The notes below the pieces were generated by a model. That model was not told the DNA's origin. It did not search any database and saw nothing but the letters and a program-made list of their open reading frames with translations. From a virus, in the IMG/VR virus record IMGVR_UViG_3300042402_003577, positions 41,850 through 105,849 of that record: a stretch of DNA of 64,000 nt; one strand, 5' to 3'. The stretch's first letter is position 1, and each line of letters starts with the position of its first letter. The position numbers and the translations under genes are program-made. Shown here in pieces: positions 29,324 through 38,157 of the stretch.

Positions 29324-30228
29324 TTTCACCCTCTCGGAACCCTTGATTTTCCTAGGCACTTTTTTTAACGCTTCTTTAATTATTTATGTGCATGTTTTAT
29401 CATCAACCAAACTCCCAAAAATCACCCCAATATTTTTTATTTTTTTCCACCCCTACCCCCCTAAAATTTTTTAGCCCCTACCCAAAAATCATCCCCCCCT
29501 AGTAGGCCAGAAAAATAACCCCCCCCTGTCTGAGGCGGAAAAATTGTATGAGGCTGAGAAATCGTGTGAAACTGAAAAGTGGGGTGTACTACATACTTAG
29601 CCCACCCACATAACCCAATTTTGAAATTCCCCCTCCTAAAAAACCAAAACTAGATTTGCCCATTAGCTAATATGAATTCTAGGGGAACTATCTCTAGGCT
29701 CGGGGCTATGGGCTAGGGGAACTAGTCTGTGGCTAGGTCTGTGGTCTGCTGGTCTGTGTGCTAGTCTCTCGGGCTAGGTCTCTAGGGTTGTCTGTCTGTC
29801 TTCTCTATCTATATATAAGTACTGCAATACATATAAGGGGGCTATCGGGTAGGGTAGGGGGTAGGGTCTGTACTTATAATGAATACATATATAAGGGCAA
29901 ATAGGTAGGGGGCGGGTAGGTCGGCACACATACATAGATAAACATAGGGCGGATCGGGTAGCCAATAGCGGGAGGGGCTGGACAAAGTAGGCAAGCGGGT
30001 AACTATCGGGCGGAAAGTGCGGGTAAAATATCTAAGGGCGGAAAGTTTGACCTCCATATTTGCCCCCTAAGCGATTATTTTCTGGTGGGTAAGGGTAAGT
30101 GTTGGATAGTAGGGGCTTCCTCGCCTATCCACCCATTTAAGCCTCCATACATATCCGCACTCTGATACCTTATTTATAGCAAAATATACTTCGGGGAAAC
30201 ATTAGAAGCCTCCAAAAATAAATTCATT

Positions 30229-30296
30229 TTGCAACAAAATTTAATTTCTTTGCAACAAAATTTATAACACATGGGTAGGGGGGTGCCGTATCTTTG
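30229..30296 (+). promoter_or_regulatory. Early promoter with two TTGCAACAAAA boxes and a TATCTTTG -7 element
   Basis: Box cores at 30231 and 30252, -7 element at 30289. Confidence 0.7.
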
Positions 30297-30364
30297 TTGT
30301 ATAATTAGTAGCGAAGCTATTAAATATAATACACTAAAAATTAACAACTATTAACAATTAAAAA

Positions 30365-30691
30365 ATGACAAAGACACAAAAATTTCAAATGCTAAAAAGC
30401 GGACAAATTCAAGCTACAAACTCTCATTTGCAGACTGTATACAATTTACTACTTCAAGATTCTGAAACGCTAAGGGACCTAAAAGCGGAACTAAGCGAGG
30501 CAAAGTATAAGAACCTTTGCTATCAAGAACAAATTGATAGAGGTAGTAGAGACCTATGGTATTTAGGGACAAGGGTACAAAATAGCCCTAAAGCCGTATA
30601 TTACACTTCATTGTGGCTGGAGGCTTGCGATACTATAGCCAACGAACTAGGTTACACTTTTGACAGACACTTTTTAATTTCATCAAACTAA
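30365..30691 (+). CDS. Early hypothetical protein
   Basis: First ORF after the promoter, with an A-rich leader. Confidence 0.6.
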   Translation: MTKTQKFQMLKSGQIQATNSHLQTVYNLLLQDSETLRDLKAELSEAKYKNLCYQEQIDRGSRDLWYLGTRVQNSPKAVYYTSLWLEACDTIANELGYTFDRHFLISSN

Positions 30692-30704
30692 AAACATAAA
30701 AAAA

Positions 30705-30896
30705 ATGATAAAACATATAAAAACATACGCACCAATATATATAATCATTCTAGTAAGTCTATTTGTAGGCGCGTTTATAGAACAAGAAATAGTTAGATAT
30801 AGACTAGATAAGTATATCAAAGAAAACAATATCAAGCTAGACAAAGACTTGATAATGCACGGCAAAACATTTCACTACAGCGATTATTCACACTAA
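30705..30896 (+). CDS. Small membrane protein
   Basis: One TM segment and the repeated leader. Confidence 0.55.
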   Translation: MIKHIKTYAPIYIIILVSLFVGAFIEQEIVRYRLDKYIKENNIKLDKDLIMHGKTFHYSDYSH

Positions 30897-30929
30897 AAAA
30901 AATTAACTAACAAATAAAAATTTAAAAAA

Positions 30930-31145
30930 ATGAGCAAATATTACGAAATAGAAGGCTATTGGAAAGATGACAAAGTAGAATTTTCGGGAATAGTCAAGGA
31001 ATACGATGACTACCTTGAAGAGGAGGATGACGATATTTTCTACTATGGTATGGGAGAATCAGACCTAAAAGACGCTATAAATTCGGGAGACGATACTTGT
31101 CTAGACTTTGTAGTCACAAACTATAAAGAAACTATCTATCCATAA
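30930..31145 (+). CDS. Acidic early protein
   Basis: 71 aa, strongly D/E-rich. Confidence 0.6.
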   Translation: MSKYYEIEGYWKDDKVEFSGIVKEYDDYLEEEDDDIFYYGMGESDLKDAINSGDDTCLDFVVTNYKETIYP

Positions 31146-31178
31146 AAAAAATTAACTAACCAATTAAAATCATAAAAA

Positions 31179-31346
31179 ATGAACGCACAAAGAAACACAC
31201 AAAAAACGCACGTTGCAAAATTACCTCAAAATGTAGGCTATTCAATCAAAGAGGGCTACACTATGGAGAAGTCAGAATACCACAAACTTCTAGAGGCACA
31301 AGGTAAAAAGATTGAATATACGCCTTTCGGTATTATCATTCACTAG
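31179..31346 (+). CDS. 55-aa early protein, homologous to the N-domain of 36878..37456
   Basis: Read by hand: LPQNVGYSIKEGYTMEKSEYHKLLE..GIIIH. Confidence 0.7.
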   Translation: MNAQRNTQKTHVAKLPQNVGYSIKEGYTMEKSEYHKLLEAQGKKIEYTPFGIIIH

Positions 31347-31347
31347 A

Positions 31348-31399
31348 GGTTAACTGAAGAGACTTAAATAGTCGAAACGTACTTCGGTACGTCTTAACC
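31348..31399 (+). ncRNA. Type I hammerhead ribozyme
   Basis: GGTTAA-CTGAAGA-GACT(TAAAT)AGTC-GAA-ACGTAC(TTCG)GTACGT-C-TTAACC. All three stems and the core are intact. Confidence 0.92.
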
Positions 31400-31417
31400 A
31401 AAAAAAATTCATAAAAA

Positions 31418-31705
31418 ATGAGACAAGTAACAAAAGAAAGTATCAACGCATTCAATAACAATTCACAAGGATCATTCGGGGGTAACACTAGAATAGTGGT
31501 AGACAATGAGGCTACAAAATTATACCTATTTGATAATCTAATTGCGGTAAAAGAAAATAACGTACTAAGAATATCAAACGCGGGGTGGGAAAGCAATACC
31601 ACAAAGGAAAGGCTTAACGCACTATCGGGGGTAAACATTGTACAAAAAAAAGGAACGTGGTATTTGAACGGCAATGAGTGGAGCGGTGATTGGATAGCAA
31701 TTTAA
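31418..31705 (+). CDS. Conserved phage early protein
   Basis: L..N.IA...GW.S.TTKERLNAL. Confidence 0.65.
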   Translation: MRQVTKESINAFNNNSQGSFGGNTRIVVDNEATKLYLFDNLIAVKENNVLRISNAGWESNTTKERLNALSGVNIVQKKGTWYLNGNEWSGDWIAI

Positions 31706-31754
31706 GAAAAAAACTAAATATTTAAAAAAATAACAATTAAAAAAATCATAAAAA

Positions 31755-32087
31755 ATGAAAAAAATTAACTTTGCAGAAATTACATTAAGACTAGAACTTT
31801 CGTCAAGAGGCGGAGGAGTAGAAATTGACCTCACTACCTTAGGTTTCAAGGGCGAAAAAATGTCCGCCTATCAAAACTATCTAGGCGGGGGTATGCTGGG
31901 GGCTATAAGCGAGAATAACACAATAAACGCCTATGGAAAGGAGATTACCTCAAAAAAGCAATTAAAACTAGAAAAAATTGCAGAAGAATTGAAACGCTAT
32001 TTTCACAACTTAACGAACCCCGAAGAGGAGGAGTGGGAAAGTGTTTCATACGAACAAAACCAAAACTTACCAACAAGCGCATACTAA
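31755..32087 (+). CDS. Hypothetical protein
   Basis: 110 aa with the repeated leader. Confidence 0.6.
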   Translation: MKKINFAEITLRLELSSRGGGVEIDLTTLGFKGEKMSAYQNYLGGGMLGAISENNTINAYGKEITSKKQLKLEKIAEELKRYFHNLTNPEEEEWESVSYEQNQNLPTSAY

Positions 32088-32106
32088 CCAATTAAAATTT
32101 AAAAAA

Positions 32107-32382
32107 ATGAGTAAATCATCATTATACACTATCAAAGTAGTAGAAGAAACCATAAACAACTACCATAAAAGGGGTGGAGAAGTTATAGAAGTAGTAGAAG
32201 GTTCCTTAGGCTATGGAACTACAATATGTTTCGGAGAGGGGCTAAAAACCACTATCATCCAGGAAGTTTATTTGAATTCCTGGAGTAGTGGGCACACTAT
32301 TGTAAGCTACAATAAGTGCCCAAAAAAATACGAACTTATGCTAAAAAATTGGGAAGCTAGACAAGAGTTAGAAGAAAATTAA
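32107..32382 (+). CDS. Hypothetical protein
   Basis: ATG at 32107 after the leader motif. EG.LGYG..E.YLN.WSS. Confidence 0.6.
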   Translation: MSKSSLYTIKVVEETINNYHKRGGEVIEVVEGSLGYGTTICFGEGLKTTIIQEVYLNSWSSGHTIVSYNKCPKKYELMLKNWEARQELEEN

Positions 32383-32405
32383 ATAACCACTAAAAACATA
32401 AAAAA

Positions 32406-32633
32406 ATGAGTAAAGTATCAAGTATCGACAAACTAAGAAATATGGTAGCGTGGGCAAACTACCAGCACGAGGGCTTCAATCAATTATTCAAAAGTATAAG
32501 CCAACTAGAAAAAGCCTATGACTTCTGCCAAAAGAACGGCTATGAATTCCTTGACTTTGAATACATGGAGGGTATGGAGGCAGAGGATGAAGAAAAATGT
32601 ATTGACTTTCTGAAAGCAATAAAAATAATTTAA
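32406..32633 (+). CDS. Hypothetical protein
   Basis: 75 aa with the leader motif. Confidence 0.55.
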   Translation: MSKVSSIDKLRNMVAWANYQHEGFNQLFKSISQLEKAYDFCQKNGYEFLDFEYMEGMEAEDEEKCIDFLKAIKII

Positions 32634-32703
32634 TTAACCAACAATTAAGAAAAAAAACTATATCTTTGTATAAAATTTAATTAACCAATAAAATTCATAA
32701 AAA

Positions 32704-32967
32704 ATGACAAAAGAACAATTAAAAGCGGGAGACAAAGTAAAGGCAATAAACCCATGCCTTATGAGAACTACTAAGGTAGAAACCCTAACTATCGGAAAGG
32801 AATATGAGATATTAGCTATTGAACTAGATGAGGACAAGGACTACATATCAAGAATACTTAATGAAGAATATGAGGAAGAATATAGTATCTTGATAATAGA
32901 TGACCAAGGAGAAGAGCACCTCTTCCCGATTGAAGACTTAGAAACCTATTTTGACGTAGAAATTTAA
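32704..32967 (+). CDS. Hypothetical acidic protein
   Basis: 87 aa. TATCTTTG at 32661-32668. Confidence 0.6.
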   Translation: MTKEQLKAGDKVKAINPCLMRTTKVETLTIGKEYEILAIELDEDKDYISRILNEEYEEEYSILIIDDQGEEHLFPIEDLETYFDVEI

Positions 32968-32994
32968 CTTATAAACCAATAAAATTCATAAAAA

Positions 32995-33180
32995 ATGAAA
33001 AACGTAAAAGAATTAAACAAAAACGAACTAGATCAATTAAAGTGGAACTATTTTTATGACGAGGAAGTAGTCCAAAACAAGTATGACTATCCGCATGAAA
33101 TATCTGATGAGGTTATCTTTGCTCATTACGAGCATGTAAGTTTTGTAGAGGAGGACTTTTTTTGCAATGTTAACCAATAA
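32995..33180 (+). CDS. Hypothetical protein
   Basis: 61 aa. V.EL...EL.QLK...FVEEDFFC. Confidence 0.6.
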   Translation: MKNVKELNKNELDQLKWNYFYDEEVVQNKYDYPHEISDEVIFAHYEHVSFVEEDFFCNVNQ

Positions 33181-33192
33181 AAATTTAAACAA

Positions 33193-33345
33193 ATGAGAAT
33201 TCAAGCAATAAGAAAAAAACTAAAAAAGCACGGATATTTTGTCACGTTCTGTTTAAGCGGGAAATATATAGCAAGCAAGAACCAGCGAACCTATATATCC
33301 AAGACTTTGAATGGTATTTATAACCAAGTTTTTCGCAAACTTTAA
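33193..33345 (+). CDS. 50-aa basic hypothetical protein
   Basis: Read by hand (MRIQAIRKKLKKHGY...). Confidence 0.5.
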   Translation: MRIQAIRKKLKKHGYFVTFCLSGKYIASKNQRTYISKTLNGIYNQVFRKL

Positions 33346-33378
33346 AAGCTATTAAATTCACAAATTAAAACTAAAAAA

Positions 33379-33657
33379 ATGAGAATGACAAAGGACTATA
33401 TACAAGGTTATTGCGATTCTATTATTCAAATGAATGAGGGTCTAGACTACTGCTTGAAAGTAAAAGCAAACGTACATATAACTTTCTTTGATACTATGGA
33501 TATTACTATAAATTGGGTAGAAAGCTATGACCCAGTAACAAATGAGGAAATTGGAGGGTATATGGTATTTTCAGATAGAAAAGATATTCAATCTTTGGGC
33601 TTTGACCTATCCAGCTTCCTTAATGACCAACTTTCAAAAATAAAACTAACGAAATGA
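33379..33657 (+). CDS. Hypothetical protein
   Basis: 92 aa. Confidence 0.55.
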   Translation: MRMTKDYIQGYCDSIIQMNEGLDYCLKVKANVHITFFDTMDITINWVESYDPVTNEEIGGYMVFSDRKDIQSLGFDLSSFLNDQLSKIKLTK

Positions 33658-33974
33658 TATACGAAAAAATTTTAAACATAAAAGATATAATAGCTACAAA
33701 TTTCCTTACATTTGACGAGCAAATGGTTCCAGCATTAACCTTTGTCAATCCAAGCAAATACGATGAGAATATCCAAGAGTTTGACAACGTCTGTAAAAAA
33801 ATAAACGATTCATTGAAATACGAAATTATTTGTGTGGATTCAGATAGTTTTGGAATGAAGTATAAATACGAAATAAAGCCCAATTACTACTACCTTAATG
33901 ATAAAATTGCTTTTGTATCTAAGGAGTGGTCAATAGAGGAAATGGTAGGTATTATAGAGGAAATAAATAAGTAA
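33654..33974 (+). CDS. Hypothetical protein
   Basis: 106 aa, ATGA overlap. Confidence 0.55.
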   Translation: MIYEKILNIKDIIATNFLTFDEQMVPALTFVNPSKYDENIQEFDNVCKKINDSLKYEIICVDSDSFGMKYKYEIKPNYYYLNDKIAFVSKEWSIEEMVGIIEEINK

Positions 33975-33992
33975 CAATTAAACCATAAAAAA

Positions 33993-34133
33993 ATGATAGA
34001 AGCACTAAAAGAAACATTCGGGGAAGCACTACCCTTTGTATCAATTATATTATTGGTATTTATATGGGTGGCAGGGTGCCTACTAATTGAAGACAAAATT
34101 TCAAACCTTTTTAAAAATTGCAACAAAACTTAA
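33993..34133 (+). CDS. 46-aa membrane peptide
   Basis: Read by hand. One TM segment and the leader motif. Confidence 0.5.
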   Translation: MIEALKETFGEALPFVSIILLVFIWVAGCLLIEDKISNLFKNCNKT

Positions 34134-34184
34134 TAAAATTGCAACAAAATTGATAACTTTGGGGTACAACCTACCCTATCTTTG
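34118..34184 (+). promoter_or_regulatory. Promoter with two TTGCAACAAAA boxes and TATCTTTG
   Basis: Box cores at 34120 and 34141, -7 element at 34177. Confidence 0.7.
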
Positions 34185-34217
34185 CAGAACAATTTATAAC
34201 AATTAAAATCATAAAAA

Positions 34218-34475
34218 ATGACAAACATTACAACAAAACAAGAAGAACAAGTAGAACAAGCAAAACAAATACTTAAAGACGCTGGATATTTTACAGACAA
34301 TCTTTGGCATGTGGAAGACGTTAAGTCTAAATTTAATTGCACTGACGAAGAAGCTCAGAGTGTGCTATATAGTGCATTGACCAATGAAGCTACAATGGAG
34401 CAAATATGGTTCAGTATTAGAGAGTTTGGAGAAATGGAAGGATTAGAGGAAAATCTTGATGAATTAAACAATTAA
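34218..34475 (+). CDS. Hypothetical protein
   Basis: 85 aa. W..EDV.....TDEEA..VL. Confidence 0.6.
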   Translation: MTNITTKQEEQVEQAKQILKDAGYFTDNLWHVEDVKSKFNCTDEEAQSVLYSALTNEATMEQIWFSIREFGEMEGLEENLDELNN

Positions 34476-34485
34476 AATCAAACCA

Positions 34486-34803
34486 ATGACAACAACAGAA
34501 AATAACAAATTATTAGCAGAGTTTATGGGGGTGCGTCATACCGATGATAGCAAATACCTAGAAACCTTAAAAGAAATGAAGTCAAATGGATTATACTTCG
34601 AGCAAGGGTATATGACTAGTGAACTACACTACTACACCGATTGGAATTGGCTTATGGAAGTAGTAGAAAAGATATTAGATATTTCTTTAAACTTAGATAC
34701 TATGGAAATGTATTATAATATAACAGATAGTATTCCAAGAATAGATCATACATATAATGCTTGTGTAGAATTTGTACAATGGTATAACGAACAAAATAAA
34801 TAA
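34486..34803 (+). CDS. Paralog family B member 1
   Basis: TENNKL.AEF.G / TDWNWL.EVV / YNACVEFV blocks. Confidence 0.75.
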   Translation: MTTTENNKLLAEFMGVRHTDDSKYLETLKEMKSNGLYFEQGYMTSELHYYTDWNWLMEVVEKILDISLNLDTMEMYYNITDSIPRIDHTYNACVEFVQWYNEQNK

Positions 34804-34825
34804 TTAACATTAAAAATCATAAAAA

Positions 34826-35185
34826 ATGAACACAACAGAAAATAACAAATTGATAGCTGAATTTATGGGGTTTAAATTACAACAAGACCCCAATGAAAGG
34901 TGGTTTGGGCAATACTTTACTACTCCAAATGATGTATGGGCAAATAGAATTGAACTTCTGCATTTTGACACAGATTGGAATTGGCTTATGGAAGTAGTGG
35001 AAAAGATTGAGGATATTGAAACCATAGATGTAGATATTCTTACAAATGGTACGAGAATATATGAATGGAGAAGTGGGGGCAGAGTTATTGCAGATAATTG
35101 TGCAAATATTTCTTTTGATAAAAAGATAGAACATACATACGATTCTGTGGTAGAATTTGTACAATGGTATAATAAAAATAAATAA
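34826..35185 (+). CDS. Paralog family B member 2
   Basis: Same three blocks. Confidence 0.75.
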   Translation: MNTTENNKLIAEFMGFKLQQDPNERWFGQYFTTPNDVWANRIELLHFDTDWNWLMEVVEKIEDIETIDVDILTNGTRIYEWRSGGRVIADNCANISFDKKIEHTYDSVVEFVQWYNKNK

Positions 35186-35207
35186 TTAACACTAAAAATC
35201 ATAAAAA

Positions 35208-35627
35208 ATGACAAAAATAGAATTAAACGTAGGATTAAAAATAGGTACTTTAGGTATTCTAGACTTTAACAAAACAAAGGCAAGGATTCTTGAATTATAT
35301 AGTAGCCTACAGGCTGATGATTCAGAGATTTATTTTCAGTATCAAGAGGGAAAGTATCTAAGCGATGGAATAACACAGACAGAACCTACTATGGTGGTGG
35401 AGTTATTTGTAGCTTATAGGGAAGATATTGCAGAAGCATTATTAAACACAACAAAGATACTTTGCAAGGAGACTTTTCAAGAGTGCATAGCGTTATTTAT
35501 AACCTTTCTACATTCAGACCCTAAAGGAGTGCTGGTATACAATGAAAATTATAGAGGTACTTTCCAAGACTTTGATATGCAGTATTTTTTACCATACAAA
35601 AGCCATGTTATCCAATATAACTATTAA
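35208..35627 (+). CDS. Putative SAM lyase (T3 SAMase-like anti-restriction protein)
   Basis: GKY..TEPTMVV...LLNTTKILCKETFQECIALF...GVLVY resembles T3 SAMase GCY..TEEKTVRV...ALNVARLACNEWEQDCVLVY...AGLVY (reference recalled from memory). Confidence 0.55.
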   Translation: MTKIELNVGLKIGTLGILDFNKTKARILELYSSLQADDSEIYFQYQEGKYLSDGITQTEPTMVVELFVAYREDIAEALLNTTKILCKETFQECIALFITFLHSDPKGVLVYNENYRGTFQDFDMQYFLPYKSHVIQYNY

Positions 35628-35664
35628 CCAAAAGAACTTAATATAGCAAAAATTTAAACAATAT

Positions 35665-35997
35665 ATGAAAAAAGAAGAATTTAAAATAGCAGTTCAAAAT
35701 TCAACCTCTATGGTTTGGATGAATATGGTAGACGAACAACTATATAGAATTGTAGGAGTAAATAAAAGCACTTTTGACGATGAAAATTGGAGTGATAAAC
35801 CTATCCATATTCTTTATGTAGTAGAAGAAGAGTCTGGCTTATCCGTCACCATAAAAGATGAGAATGTTTTTCTTTGTGAAATATCACTAGCTAAAAAATC
35901 TTCCCATAAGACTAGAAGGAGATCTGTGTTGAATAAAGAAACAGCCAAAACAGATGAAAGTATTGCTCCTAGTTCAAATAAAATTTCTAACAATTAA
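35665..35997 (+). CDS. Hypothetical protein
   Basis: 110 aa. Confidence 0.5.
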   Translation: MKKEEFKIAVQNSTSMVWMNMVDEQLYRIVGVNKSTFDDENWSDKPIHILYVVEEESGLSVTIKDENVFLCEISLAKKSSHKTRRRSVLNKETAKTDESIAPSSNKISNN

Positions 35998-36008
35998 AAT
36001 CATAAAAA

Positions 36009-36188
36009 ATGGAAAAAAGAAATTTAGTTTTAAAAGCAGTTATGGAATATTGCAATGGTTTAGTTCCATTAAGAGTGGCTATGCAAGAAGACATGGATAC
36101 CCTTTTAGTTAACCTTGAAGATATATTATCCGAGCATAACATTACAGAGGAAGAAATAGAAGATATAATTATAGACTTAGTTAAATAA
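36009..36188 (+). CDS. 59-aa acidic hypothetical protein
   Basis: Read by hand. Canonical leader motif. Confidence 0.55.
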   Translation: MEKRNLVLKAVMEYCNGLVPLRVAMQEDMDTLLVNLEDILSEHNITEEEIEDIIIDLVK

Positions 36189-36194
36189 AAAAAT

Positions 36195-36545
36195 ATGAAA
36201 AACATTAAAGAAAAATTTGAAGCATTAAAAAACAAAATGGAATTATATGACTTGTTTCAGCACGATGATGAAGTAGGTCAAGCACTTATTGAACTCGAAA
36301 GAGAAATCCTAAGCCCCGAGTATGTATATAATATTGCCTTTGGGAGTTCATTGTGTAAGTCTATTGATGAATACGATTACGCAGAATGTGCTAGACTGAT
36401 TGAAGCAAATAATGGAGATATTATAGGCTATAATAGATTAGAGGATGACGTTGAAGAATTATTACAACATTCAGTTAGTGCAGGGGAGTATTTTATTGTA
36501 GACAATGAAGAATTGAAAAAAATTAACTTATTATTAAACAATTAA
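36195..36545 (+). CDS. Acidic hypothetical protein
   Basis: 116 aa. Confidence 0.55.
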   Translation: MKNIKEKFEALKNKMELYDLFQHDDEVGQALIELEREILSPEYVYNIAFGSSLCKSIDEYDYAECARLIEANNGDIIGYNRLEDDVEELLQHSVSAGEYFIVDNEELKKINLLLNN

Positions 36546-36557
36546 AAATCATAAAAA

Positions 36558-36851
36558 ATGACAAGAACAGAAAATAACAAATTATTGGCCGAATTTTTAG
36601 GCTACACACAACCACATCCCGATTATCCTCACACAACGTATTGGTACAAAGAAGGAGAGGCACCTTTAACTATGCTATCCTTTGACACCGATTGGAATTG
36701 GTTAGTGGAAGTAGTAAAAAAATGCTACCTATTAGACACATCTACAGGAGCACATTACGAAGCTATTTATTACTCCTTTGCTGACTTAGATATTAAAAAG
36801 ACTTACAACGCTTGTGTAGAGTTTGTAAAACATTATAACGAAAAAAAATAA
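36558..36851 (+). CDS. Paralog family B member 3
   Basis: Same three blocks. Confidence 0.75.
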   Translation: MTRTENNKLLAEFLGYTQPHPDYPHTTYWYKEGEAPLTMLSFDTDWNWLVEVVKKCYLLDTSTGAHYEAIYYSFADLDIKKTYNACVEFVKHYNEKK

Positions 36852-36877
36852 ATAATTAACATTAAAAATCATAAAAA

Positions 36878-37456
36878 ATGCACAAATTAGTAAAAAACGC
36901 AGATTATACCTTACAAGAAACAAATGTAGGGGAATTACCAAAAAATATGGGTTACTCCAATAATGGGGGTTATACCATGGATAGGTCAGAGTATCATTAT
37001 CTATTGGAAATGCAAAATAAGTTTGCCCAGCAGACCGAAAATGGTATTATTATCCACGATATAGCAGAGCCTATGGCTACCAATATCAAAGAATATTCTT
37101 ATTTAATTAAGAAGACCGAAAAAACTATTGAATTATTAGAAAAAATAATTGATGGCATAGAAAAATACCCTTCTTTGGAAAGATGTAATACCATAGTGTA
37201 TTATAAAGAGACTGGTATTTCTGTAGGAGTGGACAAAGAAAAAAAACCCTTTTTGCAAATTGTATCAGAGCCTACCCAATTTACAAGTGAGAAAGCAGAA
37301 GAAATTTGTACAAAAGTTACAAACGGACACGGAGATCATCCTATAATGGGTAGCAAACTACAATATAGTGAGGATTTTTTGGCACTATGTAAAAAAGATT
37401 TATCAAATTTTCATCTAATTAAAAAAGCAATTATAAATAATGTGGTATGTTATTAG
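36878..37456 (+). CDS. Hypothetical two-domain protein
   Basis: N-domain homologous to 31179..31346. Confidence 0.6.
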   Translation: MHKLVKNADYTLQETNVGELPKNMGYSNNGGYTMDRSEYHYLLEMQNKFAQQTENGIIIHDIAEPMATNIKEYSYLIKKTEKTIELLEKIIDGIEKYPSLERCNTIVYYKETGISVGVDKEKKPFLQIVSEPTQFTSEKAEEICTKVTNGHGDHPIMGSKLQYSEDFLALCKKDLSNFHLIKKAIINNVVCY

Positions 37457-37482
37457 GCTTATGTATGATATTCATTATATTC

Positions 37483-37513
37483 TTGATAGCTTGTATATTC
37501 TCCAAGCTATCAA
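37483..37513. terminator. Intergenic hairpin, possible terminator
   Basis: TTGATAGCTTG-N9-CAAGCTATCAA. Confidence 0.5.
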
Positions 37514-37615
37514 AATAGTGAGAAAAAATTTAAACAAATTAAAGAAAAAATGATGGTATTTTCCATAAACCCTTTTTGGATTTACATATCATAATTATTA
37601 ACCAAAAAAAACAAT

Positions 37616-37915
37616 ATGAAAAAACAATTTATAGATTACAATAGCAATATTGAAAAGATTAGAACCAGTATTTTGAAAGAATGCTCTGAAATTATGAAGG
37701 AGGATAGTAGAATCCTTGTAAGTGAAGAGGATGAAGTATCCATAATAGTAATAGGAGACTGCTATTCCCCCGAAGTAGTAGTGGAGATAGAGAAGCGGGG
37801 AGAGGCCATTATTATTTTAACCGAGGATGAGGTAGAGTCAAACCTAGCCGATCTAGAAACCGATGATATGGTGGCAATTTACGAATATATTTATTCCATA
37901 TTTATAACTAAATAA
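37616..37915 (+). CDS. Acidic hypothetical protein
   Basis: 99 aa. Confidence 0.55.
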   Translation: MKKQFIDYNSNIEKIRTSILKECSEIMKEDSRILVSEEDEVSIIVIGDCYSPEVVVEIEKRGEAIIILTEDEVESNLADLETDDMVAIYEYIYSIFITK

Positions 37916-37927
37916 TAAATTAAAATT

Positions 37928-38140
37928 ATGAATCAAGAATTAGCAAGAGTAGTTGGCTACATAATGTACAACCAATTATTAGAAGAAAAAATAAATGGTA
38001 GCTTTTTTCAACAAATAGATCTGGCTATCACGATTGCAGAAAAATTTATTTTCATATATCCCGAAGACCATAAATGGGAAGACGAGGATTTAGATTGGGA
38101 TGAATCTATTGAGAAATTTGTAACAACATATATTAACTAA
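37928..38140 (+). CDS. Hypothetical protein
   Basis: 70 aa. Confidence 0.55.
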   Translation: MNQELARVVGYIMYNQLLEEKINGSFFQQIDLAITIAEKFIFIYPEDHKWEDEDLDWDESIEKFVTTYIN

Positions 38141-38157
38141 AAATAAAATAAATAAAA

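Larger units (their letters stand above)
29145..30364. other. Non-coding divergence region (probable genome terminus/origin)
   Basis: Gene orientation switches here. C-tracts then G-tracts, repeats, and no credible ORF. Confidence 0.6.

Noticed and set aside
29774-30057. Two minus-strand ORFs in the divergence region
   Set aside because: Low-complexity Pro-rich translations of G-tracts, with no leader motif.
34486-36851. Diversity-generating retroelement TR/VR pair
   Set aside because: No reverse transcriptase in the window, and the differences include indels and are not adenine-specific.
30340-36880. CRISPR array or integron from the repeated intergenic motif
   Set aside because: The repeats are degenerate A-rich leaders separated by whole genes. 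There are no cas genes, integrase or attC palindromes.
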